Shown here piece by piece: positions 13,700 to 25,800 of a stretch of 64,000 nt of DNA. This DNA comes from Octopus sinensis (lineage: Eukaryota): NCBI RefSeq assembly GCF_006345805.1, contig NC_043010.1, positions 19,406,001 to 19,470,000 on the forward strand, in the 5' to 3' direction. Within the stretch, counting starts at the first letter, position 1, and the number at the start of each line of letters is the position of its first letter. The position numbers and the translations under genes were made by a program. The notes below the pieces were generated by a model, which was not told the origin of the DNA, did not search any database, and saw only the letters and a list, made by a program, of their open reading frames with translations.

Positions 13700-14035
13700 A
13701 TCCTCATCATTTAACATCCATTTTCCATACCGGTATGGATTGGATGGCTTGAGAGGAACTGGCAACACCAGGAGCTGCATCTGGTTCCACTGTCTGTCTT
13801 GGCTTGGTTTCTATGGCTCGATGCCCTTTCAAATGTCTACCATTTTACAGAGTGGTCAAGATGATTTATACATGGTACCATCACCAGTACCTTTTATGTG
13901 GCACCATCACCAGTGCATTCTATGTGACACCATCAATGGTTTTTACATGGCACCACCACCAGTGCTTCTTATGTGGTACCATCACCAGTGCTTTTTACGT
14001 GGCACCAACACGGACAAGGTCCCCAACTACCTGTA
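13700..14035 (-). mobile_element. RTE LINE 3' tail with ~26-bp internal minisatellite
   Basis: CATC..TTTAACATCCATTTTCCAT tail signature; about six TTTTATGTGGCACCATCACCAGTGC units at 13862-14010. Confidence 0.7.
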
Positions 14036-14764
14036 TTAAGAATAAAAACAATTTGATACAAACAAAACTCTAGCAATTTCTTTTCTTTTAACTTTCTCCT
14101 TTTCAGGGTGTCTGTGTAGATTCTCTTAACCAAAGAATGGCAGCATTATTTATAGTTCTTGTCTCTCAGGATGTGTCAAAACTTCAAATTGGACAACTCG
14201 CTCCATACACGTAATGATGGAAATTATTATTCTTTTTTTTTCTTAAAATCTATTATTCCATTTTCTAATTGCTACAAAAACAATATCTCCACTCATAGAC
14301 ATTCTAAAATCTGTAAGTACATTTTAGTCTAGACTTTGCTAACAAGGCCTAATAATACAGGAACATGTAATAAGTTATTACCATAGCTATCAAAAATCGA
14401 ACCCATTCTAGATTTCATCTCTACTTAAATTTTTTATTTAAATTTCAGAGTTGTCTCTCTTGGTTTACTTAGTAACTATTGTCATTAACACTAAATATGA
14501 TTTCTTGTCATTAACCCTGTTATGTCAGTTGATAACAAAATTATTTTTGCTCCAACTACATTAAGCATGTTAATCCGTTTTGTGGCATATTCTTTAACTA
14601 GTTTCACATTCACTGGATCCCAACCATATTCTCACAATACTGTCAGCTGTTTATAGACCCCCATTATTTATCGTTGAATGCAACAGAAACAGATTTTGAT
14701 GAAACATTGCTTCTGTTGCATTTATCATGGTCGATATCCCTGCTCCTTGCTGGCAAGGGTCGGA

Positions 14765-14900
14765 TGGTTTGTCAAGGATCCAATGAATCCCAAGATTGCA
14801 TTGTGTTCCAGTGTCTGCTTTGGCATGGTTTCTATGGCTGGATGCCCTTCCTAATGCCAACCACTTTACAGAATGTACTGGGTGCTGCTTTTTTATTTCA
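14765..14900 (-). mobile_element. RTE 3' UTR fragment
   Basis: GGCATGGTTTCTATGGCTGGATGCCCTTCCTAATGCCAACCAC motif shared with the other RTE tails. Confidence 0.65.
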
Positions 14901-15658
14901 TGCCTCCAGCCCTTGTAATGTTGCCATGCAGTTTGCAAGACAACAAAACCCAAGCAGGGTGGAATGATTTTGTGTTGGGTGGCCATTTGCAACACCTGTA
15001 ATTGTCCGTTCTCTTTCCTCCACAAAATATATATCAGTGATGACAGATTTTGCCTAAGCTTGCAGTAGACTGTGACTACATGCTACTACCAAAGCCCAAC
15101 AATTCAAAAATGCTACAACTAACATTCTCATTGTGTTCGTTGGACAACTTTCATCTGCCTTTGTTTGCAGGCAATATTTTTGCATTTTAATTCTACGGAA
15201 ATTAACTTTGAGTGAGTCATTTTGATAGTGTTGACATTTCATGCCTGCCGTAATATTTCTTTAGAGTTCAACTTGATGAAATCTCCAAACAGTTTAAATG
15301 CACAATTCTCTGATATCCAAGTGGTTAAAAAATTATCAGCAGAAGGGAACCAGGAATCTTGACCTAGGTGCAGCCCAGATACCTCTTGGAGTGTAAGAAG
15401 TTTAGGGCCAAAACACTAGCCTGAAGACCTTCTGCTGTTCAGACTTCTTGCGAATTTCTTATCACTGTTTTTAAACAACACATCACATCCAGAAGAGATG
15501 TTATCTCCAGTTGAATACTGCTGTGAATTTGCCTTTTTGTGACGTATTTACTTTTAGTATGATACACGTGTTCTTTCTGAAGTGTATGTTTATCAAGTTC
15601 TAACACAAAATTATTAGTATCGATATGCTTAAGTGCAATATTAAAATATATATATATG

Positions 15659-16040
15659 CGGAGGAGTAGCTGTGTGGTAAGTAGCTTGCTTACCAACTAC
15701 ATGGTTTCCGGTTCAGTCCCACTGCATGGCACCTTGGACAAGTGTCTTCTACAACAGCTTCAAGCCAACCAAAGCCTTGTGAGTAGATTTGATAGATGGA
15801 AACTGAAAGAAGCCCATTGTATATATATATATATATGTTTGTGTGTGTGTGTGTGTGTGTCCTCTCCCACCATGACTTGACAACCGATGTTGGTGTGTTT
15901 ACGTCCCCTTAACTTAGTAATTTGGCAAAAGAGACCGATAGAATAAGTCCTAGGCTTACAAAGAATGAGTCATGGTGACGATTTGTTCGACTAAAATGCG
16001 GTGCTCCAGCATGGCTGCAGTCAAATAACTGAAACAAATA
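15659..16040 (+). mobile_element. SINE family 2, full length with central TA/TG microsatellite
   Basis: tRNA-like head, central box, microsatellite, then CTTGACAACCGATGTTGGTGTGTTTACGTCCCC..CCAGCATGGCTGCAGTCAAATAACTGAAAC tail. Confidence 0.85.
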
Positions 16041-16584
16041 AAAGAATAAACATCCCCATTGTTTTAGCATCCACTTTTTCATGTTTTCAAGGGTTGGCCA
16101 GCATTTTTAATCAAAGTAATACTTCCCCATGGCCAGACATTTTCTTGCAGAATATTTGAAATAAATGACACTGCTTGTATGACAGGTATACTCATTTACA
16201 ACTACCACACAATATTAAGACAGGAGACACGAGTGTATTCATTGACATTCACGTATGACAGGCTTCTTTCAGTTTCCATCTATCTCTTCCACTTTGATCA
16301 GACTGAACTATGAGAGAAGACATCCAAAGTGCTATTGCATGGCACCTTGGCTAACTTAGTACTGAATACATGGTGCTCCAACATGGCTATAGTCTGTTGA
16401 CTGAAACAAAAATATTTCAACGTTTTTTCTTTTTATTTTTTCTCAAGGATTGGCATGATTTCAGAGATTTCTTCAAAGTCTTGTTTAAAGAAGAACACAG
16501 TTTTGTTAACGAAGAATTAAAGACAGGTGACAAAAGACTCTTATTAACCTGTGTTGGAGTCACTTATACAAATGTTAGCAAACC

Positions 16585-17215
16585 TGTTTTGTAGAAAGTA
16601 TCAACATCATCAACACGGTTTAACGTCCATTTTTCATGCTGGCATGGGTTGGACACTTCGACTGGGGTCTGGGAAGCCAGGAGGCTGCACCAGGCTCCAA
16701 TCTGATCTGGCAGTGTTTTACAGCTGGATGCCCTTCCTAACGCCAACCACTCTAAGAGTGTAATGGATGCTTTTTACATGCCACCGGCACAGGGGCCAGA
16801 AGAGTCTGGCAACAGCTACGATTGGTTGGTGCTTTTTACATGCCACCAGCACGTTAGCCAGTCAAGGCGGTGCTGGCATCGGCCACGTTCGGATGGTGCT
16901 TTTTACATGCCACTGGCACAGGTGTCACAACTACAATTTCCATTTGATTTTCATTTTGATGTTGATGTACTTAATTCAATAGGTCTCTTCAAGCACAGCA
17001 GGTCACCCTACGATCCAAGGTACTTTTGAATGGGCCGGGGCTGGTTATGCGAAACTGGTGTAGGATACAGCCATGAACTCACTATATTTGCCAGGTCTTG
17101 GCAGTCACAGCATATCACCAGATGTCTCAGTCTTTTGTCATTGCCTCTGTGAGGCCCAACGTTCGAAGTTCATGCTTCACCACCTCATCCCATGTCTTCC
17201 TGGGTCTACCATGAA
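16585..17215 (-). mobile_element. RTE LINE 3' end including ORF2 C-terminus
   Basis: Minus translation GRPRKTWDEVVKHELRTLGLTEAMTKD*DIW*YAV, then a 3' UTR with three ~62-67-bp repeats and an (ATG)n tail. Confidence 0.85.
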
Positions 17216-18003
17216 AAAAACTATCCACAGTGTGTATTTGGTTGTTATTTTAGGAGAGCTGGATTATATCAAGGCACTCGGGTAGAAGACACTTGGATGG
17301 CTTGAAGGTGGCAGGGTTGGTTCAGAGCACCTTGGTGATTTGTCATTGAGAGTGGCACAGTCGGTTGAGGGTATCAGATGGTTGTCACTTGAGGGTGGTG
17401 GGCTGGTTCAGTAGAGATTGTCTGAGTTGTTAGTACTTGAGGGTGACACAATCAGTAGAGGACATTTGGGTGGTTGGTACTCGATGGTCACTGAATTGGT
17501 TGAGGGCATCTGAGTAGTTTGTACTGGAGAATAGACGGCTTCTTTTGTATTTCATCTTGCTAAAACCACTAGCATAGCCAGAGTGTGTGCCACCCGGGGC
17601 AGCCCTTCCATTTTCTGCTCCCAGACCCCACAAAAAACACATATTGCCTACAGCAGACCCAAAAATACTGCCTGAGGCAAACACCCTGCCAAACACACAC
17701 ACACCACACACACACACACACACTGCTACACCCATACCTCTATAACAATGGAATCAATATTTCTTTAAAAATAAGAAGAAGTTTTAATTCAAATAATTTC
17801 CATTTATTTTCTGAAACGTTCCATCATCATCATCATCATCATCGTCACTGTTGTAACAGTCATCAGGAAATAATGGTGGGGGCTGTTTTTCTTTATTATT
17901 TTACAAAATTTTATTGGTATGGGTGGATGTTTTTGAATTTAAATAAAAATCCTGGAAATTTAATTCAAAGGTTTCGTGGGTGGAGTGAATCAAAGCTAAT
18001 AAT

Positions 18004-18373
18004 TTAAGGTTTTAATTTTGTGGTTTGGTAATTTAGTGAGAGTCTCCTTAAACTCGTCAATATTTGTAATTTTAATACATTTAGCTTCTGTTGGGGATGG
18101 TGCACAGTTGCAGGTCGACATGGCATAGGCAGACTGAATGCTTTGCACCAATGTTTGTCACTTGATGCTTCAGGGTTCGTTTCCGCACTTGACGATGCAT
18201 CATTCTTTTTGTTGCTCTTCTTAATTGATTTCTTGCCAATAACCTGAATCGTCTTTTTAATTGCAGTAACCAACAAGGAGGTGGTGGTTGTGGGATGGAG
18301 TTGAACCTTAGGACTCAGAACTGGTTTCTCAGTTTCCATGGTGTACAAGGGACTGAGATTTTGACCTTCTCTG
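18004..18373 (-). CDS. Possible terminal coding exon, unknown product
   Basis: Open frame REGQNLSPLYTMETEKP...TTKLKP*. The CAGCAG acceptor is phase-compatible with one open frame of the 18709-18798 exon. No recognisable domain. Confidence 0.2.
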
Positions 18374-18384
18374 CTGGACAGAGT

Positions 18385-18525
18385 GTCATACAGCTGAGTG
18401 GACTGGAGTAATGTGAAATGAAATGTTTTGCTCAAGAAAAAAAATATACTACCTAGTTCAGGAATTGAAACCATGATTTTGCAATCGTGAGTGCAACACC
18501 CAAACCACTGGGCTACGCGCCTTCA
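18385..18525 (-). mobile_element. tRNA-derived SINE family 3, 5' part
   Basis: GGCGCGTAGCCCAGTGGTT..GGTTTCAATTCC head and CTTGAGCAAAACATTTCATTTCACATT..CCAGTCCACTCAGCTG box, shared with 31545-31875 and 63770-63890. Confidence 0.7.
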
Positions 18526-18608
18526 TAATGGTTAAATAATGGAAATGAGAATTTACTGGTCAAGTGAAGAGATACACCAAGAGGTTGCTTGTTTGGCGAT
18601 GGCCTGCA

Positions 18609-18667
18609 GTAACCAATGGTAACAGGTCAGCAGTCGGGTGTAGAGAGCTGCAGTAACCAATGGCAAC
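18609..18667. promoter_or_regulatory. Two tandem RFX X-box-like motifs (each containing CCAAT)
   Basis: GTAACCAATGGTAAC (18609-18623) and GTAACCAATGGCAAC (18653-18667) both fit GTNRCC-N3-RGYAAC. Confidence 0.35.
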
Positions 18668-18708
18668 GGTTGGGTGGAGTAGAAGAGGGGAATGAGAGAT
18701 TAACTTAC

Positions 18709-18798
18709 CTGCAGACTGACCACTCTGCATTCATTGAATAAACCTTTCTTGACATAATTGATAAAGTCGGTGCAGGTGATACGATGGAAGGCTTCAAC
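18709..18798 (-). other. Probable spliced exon (90 bp) of an unidentified transcript
   Basis: Acceptor ..TATTTATATCTACTTCAG|G and donor CAG|GTAAGT. Two open frames: VEAFHRITCTDFINYVKKGLFNECRVVSLQ or LKPSIVSPAPTLSIMSRKVYSMNAEWSVC. Confidence 0.45.
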
Positions 18799-18884
18799 CT
18801 GAAGTAGATATAAATACAATGAGGAGGGTATAGAATTTCTTGAATAGGGATTAATGGTGTGTATGGGGGACCCATACTGGGGCA

Positions 18885-19070
18885 CCACATAAAAACCACC
18901 CAGTACACCCTGTAAAGTGGTTGGCATTAGGAAGGGCATCCAGCTGTGGAAACCATGCCAAAACAAACAGTTGGATCTTGGTGCAGCTCCTGTCAAACCG
19001 TCCAACCCATACCAGCATGGAAAACGGACGTTAAGTGATGATGATGATGATGTTGATGATGATTGATAGA
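18885..19070 (+). mobile_element. RTE LINE 3' tail
   Basis: GGTTGGCATTAGGAAGGGCATCCAGC..CCAGCATGGAAAACGGACGTTAA(GAT)n. Confidence 0.8.
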
Positions 19071-20268
19071 TTGAAAAATTATTTTGCCAAGTGTCAAAAG
19101 AGAAATTTAACATTTCAGACGGCACACTTTGAGAGAGATGAAATATTGAAAGAACTCTAGAAAGGCTACAAACTATGCCAATGCTACAATGTAGGCAGAA
19201 ACCGGAATTGTGAGATTTGGTGATATTTCCTCAAAGTTCAAACGCAGGTGGGTAGGTGGGTGGGGAGAGCTGATTCATTGTCCAGTTTAATGCTACCAAC
19301 TGATCTTTCATGGCTTTTAGAGGAATCCATTCTGGGACAGGTTTCCAGGTTTCAGGACACCCTCCCCCTCCAACTCAAAAGCCCTGTAAAGAAAGCACCA
19401 GTAATTGCCCTTCCCTCCCCAGCTGAGCAATGATAACTCGATGCCCATCAAAAGGTGCAACTACATTGAACTAACAGGAGAATCAGTATTTGGTGTCAGG
19501 AATCTGCTAAAAATAAACCCTACTTAACCTGAGCAACAAAAGAGGAGAAAGTTTGTTAGCCTGAAGCATCCAATTCTGTCTTCACCCCTTCCACATCAAC
19601 CTCCCCCCCACACACACACACCTCCCGTCCCAACATCACACCTGGTTCCAGGATGCAAATCCCCCATTTTAAGGGATCTAAAGGAAAACCTTTTAAGGGA
19701 TCTAAAGGAAAAGTTTCCCCTGAATTCGTTCTTCCAAATCCCAGTTTAATAATGTCAGGGTATTTTACTAATTTCTTAGGCTGTGTTTTTCAACAGGAAT
19801 ATGGTAACAAGGCTTAAAGAGGAGATGGTCATGGCTGGAACACATTTCCAACTAAACTATAAAAAGATAGTGGAGAGAGTACATACAAGAAACTCTCTAC
19901 AAAACAAGCGGAGGGCAGGAGAAATCTTCAGTTAGATTTGAACTCTTACTGCAGTGAACTGGAATGCGTTCTGTTGATTTTACAGAGATTAATCCTAAAC
20001 AACGGGAAACATACCACACACACTTATGTATACACACACATACATAGACGCACGCACACACATACACACACACACACACGCACGCACATGCATAGACATA
20101 CATTACTGTATTCTTACATGCAGAGATATATCATTCCAGACTCTGGTACACACACCTACATCATTACAGGCTGTTGACTTACTGAGATGTATCATTACAC
20201 ACGATGGTGCCTACATAAAGTTGTGTGTCATTCGAGACTGTGGTACCTATTTACAAAAACCTTCACTA

Positions 20269-20299
<31 letters not shown>

Positions 20300-20306
<7 letters not shown>

Positions 20307-21110
20307 ACATCAACATTAACATCAACATTCACATCCTGTTGGGCAATTTTCTCGTAGCAGTAAGTCATATCAGCCTTTCGCTAACTGAAATATCTCATCT
20401 GTGCTCGCCACGATGACAGATGATAGTAATTCACTGACTGAACGAGTTGATCTTGGCCATTGTCTGTTTCTTGTCCGTTCATCTGCCCTGCATCTAATGA
20501 TATTCGTCATAGGCGCCGAGCTGGCAGAATCGTTAGCACGCCAGGCGAAATGCTTAGCGGTATTTCGTCTGCCGCTACATTCTGAGTTCAAATTCTGCCG
20601 AGATCGACTTTGCCTTTCATCCTTTCGGGGTCGATAAATTAAGTACCAGTTGCACACTGGGTTCGATGTAATCGACTTAATCCGTTTGTCTGTCCTTGTT
20701 TGTACCCTCTGTGTTTAGCCCCTTGTGGGTAATAAAGAAATAGATATTTCGTCTGCGTTACGTTCTGAGTTCAAATTCCGCCGAGGTCGACTTTGCCTTT
20801 CATCTTTTCGGGGTCGATAAATTAAGTACCAGTTGCACACTGGGGTCGATGTAATCGACTTAATCCGTTTGTCTGTCCTTGTTTCTCCTCTCTTTGTTTA
20901 GCCCCTTATGGGTAGTAAAAGAAATAGGTATTCGCCATTGACTCACATTGATATTGTTCACATCCACCATGCTGCAGCCCATCATTTCAACGTAACCCTG
21001 GCTCGAGTGGTTAATGAGACCTTAGGCCATGCCAAGGGGCCACCCATGATTTGGCCCAGGGTTGCTGATTCCAATATTCACAACAGGCTTCTGTTTACAT
21101 GATAATTAAG
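20300..21110 (-). mobile_element. Decayed RTE-X-like LINE fragment interrupted by a SINE dimer
   Basis: Minus translation ..PLAWPKVS..RVTLK*W..WM*TI..DERTRNRQWP.. loosely resembles the RTE C-terminus; the halves are joined by the SINE TSD. Confidence 0.35.
20511..20928 (+). mobile_element. SINE family 1 head+(184 bp)x2 dimer
   Basis: Units start at 20560 and 20744, with a truncated third start at 20928; TSD TATTCG(T/C)CAT at 20501-20510 / 20929-20938. Confidence 0.9.
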
Positions 21111-21565
21111 CCATGTTGTTATTGTTGTTAAGCAACAAGATGGGTAAGGGTGATTAGATGATGGTCTAGGGCTTAGGGGCGGGCGACCCCAGACCTTGGA
21201 AAAAAAATCTTTGGTGGTCGATTTCATCACTTGACAATTTATTAATCAACCTCCAAAGGAAGAAAAAGTTGACCTCTGCAGGATTTGAACTCGGGACATA
21301 AAGGACCGGAACAAACAGTGCAGGGCATGTTGTCCGATGCTCTAACGAATCTTCCAGCTCACAATCCCTTTATTTAAATATTCAATAAAATGTAAAATAT
21401 TTATATATGCCCCAGCATGGCCACAGCCTTAGAGCTGAAACATATACAATGAAAGAATAAAGGAGGTTATTTAAAGAAGCACACGGGCATACGAGCCACA
21501 ACACAACACGAGCAGTAAAACCGTATAAAAAATGTTAAGTGCGTCGAACAAGAAGGCATTAGAGG

Positions 21566-21900
21566 CGTGGGCGTGGTTGTATGGTCAAGAGGTTTACTTC
21601 TCAACCAGATGAGCGTAGGAACAGTGCCATTGTGCAGCATCAAGCACAAGGGTCATCCACTACAGCCTCGGGCTGACCAAAGCCTTGTCAGTGTTCCTTG
21701 TGGACGGAAACTAAGAGAAATTTATCGTATAAATGTGGGGGGGGACACCGCTTGACAGCCGGTGCTGGTGTGTTTACGTCCCCGTAACTTAGTGGCACGG
21801 CAAAAGAACATTATAGAATAAATACTAAGCTTAGAAATAAGTACTGGAATCGATTCCATCGACTAACTTCCAGGCGATGCCCCAGCATGGCCTCAGTCCT
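21566..21900 (+). mobile_element. SINE family 2, diverged
   Basis: Head, central box and CCCCAGCATGGCC tail all recognisable. Confidence 0.7.
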
Positions 21901-22625
21901 AATACTGTAAAAGATAATGTTGTTGTTGTTGTTTTTGATGTTGTTGTTGTTGTTGTTGTTGTTACGACGACGGCCACAGATTTTCTCCGGAGTCGCTTTT
22001 TTGGTAGAAAGTCAAATTTCAGCTTCATTCGAATTAAACCAAAGATGCAGTTCGGAGTTATCTCCCTTACATCAATAATTTCTCTCTGTACTCCACGTCT
22101 CTTGTTATTGGGCATCAAAGCGTATCTTCTTTAATGATGTTTTTTTGCTGAAGCAAAAAACGAGTTAATTGATTCGATCCCCGTGAAATATGGATTTAAA
22201 TTTGATTGCGTAAAAGACAATTGTCATCTTTGGATAGAATATTGTCTCAAACACGATAACAAATCGTTTCTGTATGCGAGTGCGTGTGTGCAAATAGTAA
22301 ATATCGTGCGTTTTTTTAACATTAGTCCCATAGAAAGGCAAAATAAGTAAAGAATGACAATTGGGATTCGAACCATTTATCTATTGATTGTTGGTGAATA
22401 TCACCATCGATCTTTGGGCGACGAAGGGTAAAGCTGACATCAGCAGGGTTTGAACTCTAAACGTAACGAGATGCTGTTAAATACAATAATGGGTCACCCA
22501 AGCGATTCGGCTAATCCAGTACTAATCCTCTCATGGTTATTACTGCAGTGTACAACCCTGTCGTGTATTACGGCCGCGGTGTACAGTCTCCCTCGTGTGG
22601 TACTACGACCGCAGTAGTCTACCAC

Positions 22626-23045
22626 GGCGGCGAGCTGGCAGAAACGTTAGCACGCCGGGCGAAATGCGTAGCCGTATTTCGTCTGCCGTTACGTTCTGAG
22701 TTCAAATTCCGCCGCGGTCGACTTTGCCTTTCATCCTTTCGGGGTCGATTAAATAAGTACCAGTTACGTACTGGGCTCGATGTAATCGACTTAATCCGTG
22801 TGTCTATCCTTGTTTGTCCCCTCTGTGCTTAGCCCCTTGTGGGTAGTAAAGAAATAGGTATTTCGTCTGCCGTTACGTTCTGAGTTCAAATTCCGCCGAG
22901 GTCGACTTTGCCTTTCATCCTTTCGGGGTCGATTAAATAAGTACCAGTTACGCAGTGGGATCGATATAATCGACTTAATCTGTTTGTCTGTCCTTGTTTG
23001 TCCCCTCTGTGTTTGGCTCCTTGTGAGTAGTAAAGAAATAGGTAT
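22626..23045 (+). mobile_element. SINE family 1 head+(184 bp)x2 dimer
   Basis: GTATT at 22674, 22858 and 23042 (period 184); TSD TCTACCAC at 22618-22625 / 23046-23053. Confidence 0.92.
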
Positions 23046-23217
23046 TCTACCACTGTGGCGGTATACCACTCTATGGTGTACCACTCCATTGGGTACTACC
23101 ACTGAGATGGTGGAATTCGGTTTTGTTTTATTTTGGGTTCTTTCAAAAATTCGTCTTTTTGGTTGAATCGGTTTGTGTCTAAAAGGCTTCCCTACACGAC
23201 TGTCCCTTCCCCGCCAT

Positions 23218-23570
23218 CTTTGTTTCTTCATAACTTTTATAAAAGGAATATTTTTTAAATAAAATTTTCTACGAATACCTTTCAGGTGGCGTAGATCCCG
23301 ATTATATTAGAATTCAATGAGAAAAAAATTGATGGGCTCGCACACATACATACTAACACCCATTATATGAATTTTTCAAGATTCCGAGTTTCATTTTGTA
23401 GATATTATATATTGTGTGTGTCTATGAATGTGTGCGGACCCGTCATTCTTTTATTTTTCTTATTTTTCCCCTAAATTCCGATATAATTATAGTCAACACC
23501 ATATGAAAGGTATTTGTAAAAATTTCCATTAAAAAATAGCCATTTCTAAAAAAGTTGCGAAGAAATAAAG
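23218..23570. mobile_element. Foldback / long-TIR non-autonomous element
   Basis: ~75-bp imperfect terminal inverted repeats, plus an inner pair TGATGGGCTCGCACACAT / ATGTGTGCGGACCCGTCA. Confidence 0.65.
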
Positions 23571-24379
23571 TCAACTCGAGTGAATTATCCAAAACTCCCC
23601 TCCCTCACATCGAAATTATTATACATTTTTTTTTTACATTAAATTACAATATAATCGGAATTTTCACCATCTGGATCGTATTTGAAAAATATCCATTTTT
23701 CTGAAAGTAACACGGAAACAAAGTCGGTTGGGAGATGCTCACTTGTATAGGCGTGCCTTCTTGGATGCGGTGTCTGGAATGTTTGAGCTCCATATTGTAC
23801 CAGCTGGACACAAAACAGCCGATGAGATGGCATTTCCTTCGTTTTATAGTGTGAGAGTGGAGAGCATAAGTAAAGATTTCCGGATTAGAGATGCACTGAG
23901 TGCCGATACTTAACACTTTCTTCCGGATGCTTTCCAATTCGTGAATTATGAATAAAAGTTGTCTGGTCTGGCATTGGTGACTCGGTTAATGAGGCCACAA
24001 CTGTGAGACAGCGTTTACCTCTGATAAGCAAGATGATATGATATTTGATGAGTTCCTTGGGTGGCGTTCATTCATACATACATCTAGGTTAGAAACCGGC
24101 TCTTTCTCTACTGGCAAGAAATCTTGAAATAAAACTGAACAATGACATACATACATTCCTTCACATATACAAACACTCGAAACAAAATTAGATACTTCGT
24201 TAGGTTGGCAAATAGAGATAGCATAGGATATCAAGCTTAACTGGTCGACTTGACGGACACCGGGTGGGGGGGGGAGCCGTTGAATAGGAGAATTTGAATA
24301 TGAGTCGATAGCGTTTAACAAAGAGCTGATGACAGAGAGAAATAGCTTAGAGGGGAAACTAGTTAGCTAGCAAGACGAA

Positions 24380-25800
24380 GCGATTAGAAAAAAAAAAATT
24401 TTGACTATTTCTTCAACACGAAACACGAAGGCTTCATTGTCAGAGCAAGGGTTTGTGCACTAAAACAAGAGAGGACAAAAGCTGTTCGGTGTGCACAGGT
24501 GAGGGGGGCGCAACATGACAACAAGGCCATAATTTGGTCTTTGGCGGTTCAAGATGGGCTCATGCTAATCGGTTCCAAGCAAAAATGTTCGACTTTGCTC
24601 AACTGTTCGGAGTAAACGATAAGTCAGAGATGGTTCTGGACTTTAGTGCTTATCTCGATGGCCTGCCGCAGCTCTCGGTATGAGAAGCAAAAGCACTGCA
24701 AAGGCCAATAAATGCAAGTGAGATACGATAGGTGTTGGTATTTAGTAGTTTGTGCAAGGGACAAATCAACCGATTTGGACCGGATTGCCCTACGAGTTTT
24801 ATGGTTTGGGTCAGACTTGTTTGGCGCCCATCTTCCGCAACCGGCAAAAGAACGGGATAATTCCCATTTCTGTAAGCTAGGGCGTGTTTAATGCTATTGA
24901 GAAAGGACTCCAACAAAAAGGATATTACAGATAATTTTTTGTTTATAAACCTGCTAAACGAAGAATTTCAACATTTTTTCAAATATGTTATCTAAGAGGT
25001 TAGCGTTTGTCATCGGTGGATGCACAAACGTGTACCTCCCCCAAATGATCCATTTATGACAACCTCCATCTCATTCTATACAATATAGAGGGAGTGGGTA
25101 ATATGTCTGGCGTTAGTGGACCCTGGTCAATTTGGATTAGTTGACCATCGCTAATTCGTAGCTGTCCTACGAAGGACTTTCGAGTTGGGAATTTGTATGG
25201 ATAACTTCCAGAAATCCCTGGCCTAGCAGTGCTACTCTTCAGGCTCGGAAGTGTCACTGATGCGACTGTCCGGACGCGAAACAAAGAAACTGTACTGTAC
25301 ATGCCCGTGCAGTGTCCGGACATTGCTGACTTTGGAGTTAGGTCGAACAGCTGTGATCGTGTGTGGGACGAATCCAGCAACCGGGCGAGTTTATCGTGAG
25401 GATCGCTTCATCACCCATCTTTAACAAGACGGAGAAGGCGGCGTCCCTCTCTCTAGTGGCTGCAGTGAAAGAGGTTGTGTGCTGAACAAGGCTGAAAGGA
25501 TTACGAAGACACTTCCCTCTTCGGTCAAACTCAACAACGTTTTCAAGTTCTACATGGAAAAAAAAAGTAAGAGTAGAGAGGGAAGTGCCGTCCTCCAGTG
25601 AGTTTTTCTAAAGGTGAGTGACTGCGATAAACATGGTTAGGGTGAATGGACCTGCTGTGAGCATGCACTCGTTGATTGGAGAACAAAAGATGGACAAAGA
25701 TCTGAACCGTCTGTGATCAGGATTATCCTGGGTCCCAGGGATTCCTTGATTGATCCCAGTTACAGGCTATCCCTTATCAGGAGGACGGTATGGATATGGA
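24380..25800 (-). mobile_element. Decayed Gypsy LTR-retrotransposon internal region (gag, protease, RT/RNase H remnants)
   Basis: Frame-hopping remnants: SDPHDKLARLLD (gag DKLA.LAD-like), protease-like stretch, NRLICPLHKLLNTN (RT end) and RNase H-like region; many stops. Confidence 0.5.

Noticed and set aside
17230-17600. Pro/Ser/Thr-rich minus-strand stretch with CCACCCTCAAG repeats
   Set aside because: Stops occur in every frame; most likely a degenerate low-complexity repeat.
19130-20020. Plus-strand exon-like pieces (TAHFERDE.., NMVTRLKEEMVMAG..) and the 24-bp tandem at 19667-19713
   Set aside because: Stops occur in all frames of the first piece, the second has no good donor, and no family was recognised; the tandem is a simple local duplication.
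20560-20930. Tandem 184-bp units and other arrays as CRISPR-like
   Set aside because: There is no repeat-spacer architecture and no cas genes; these are eukaryotic SINE multimers and minisatellites.
20370-23231. Recurrent ORFs [26 protein letters not shown].. and LAETLARRAKC..
   Set aside because: They are translations of SINE family 1 and recur wherever the SINE occurs.
24305-24335. CTGATGA..GAAA matches at ~24307, ~51098 and ~48855 as hammerheads
   Set aside because: No credible stem II and no stem I/III pairing.
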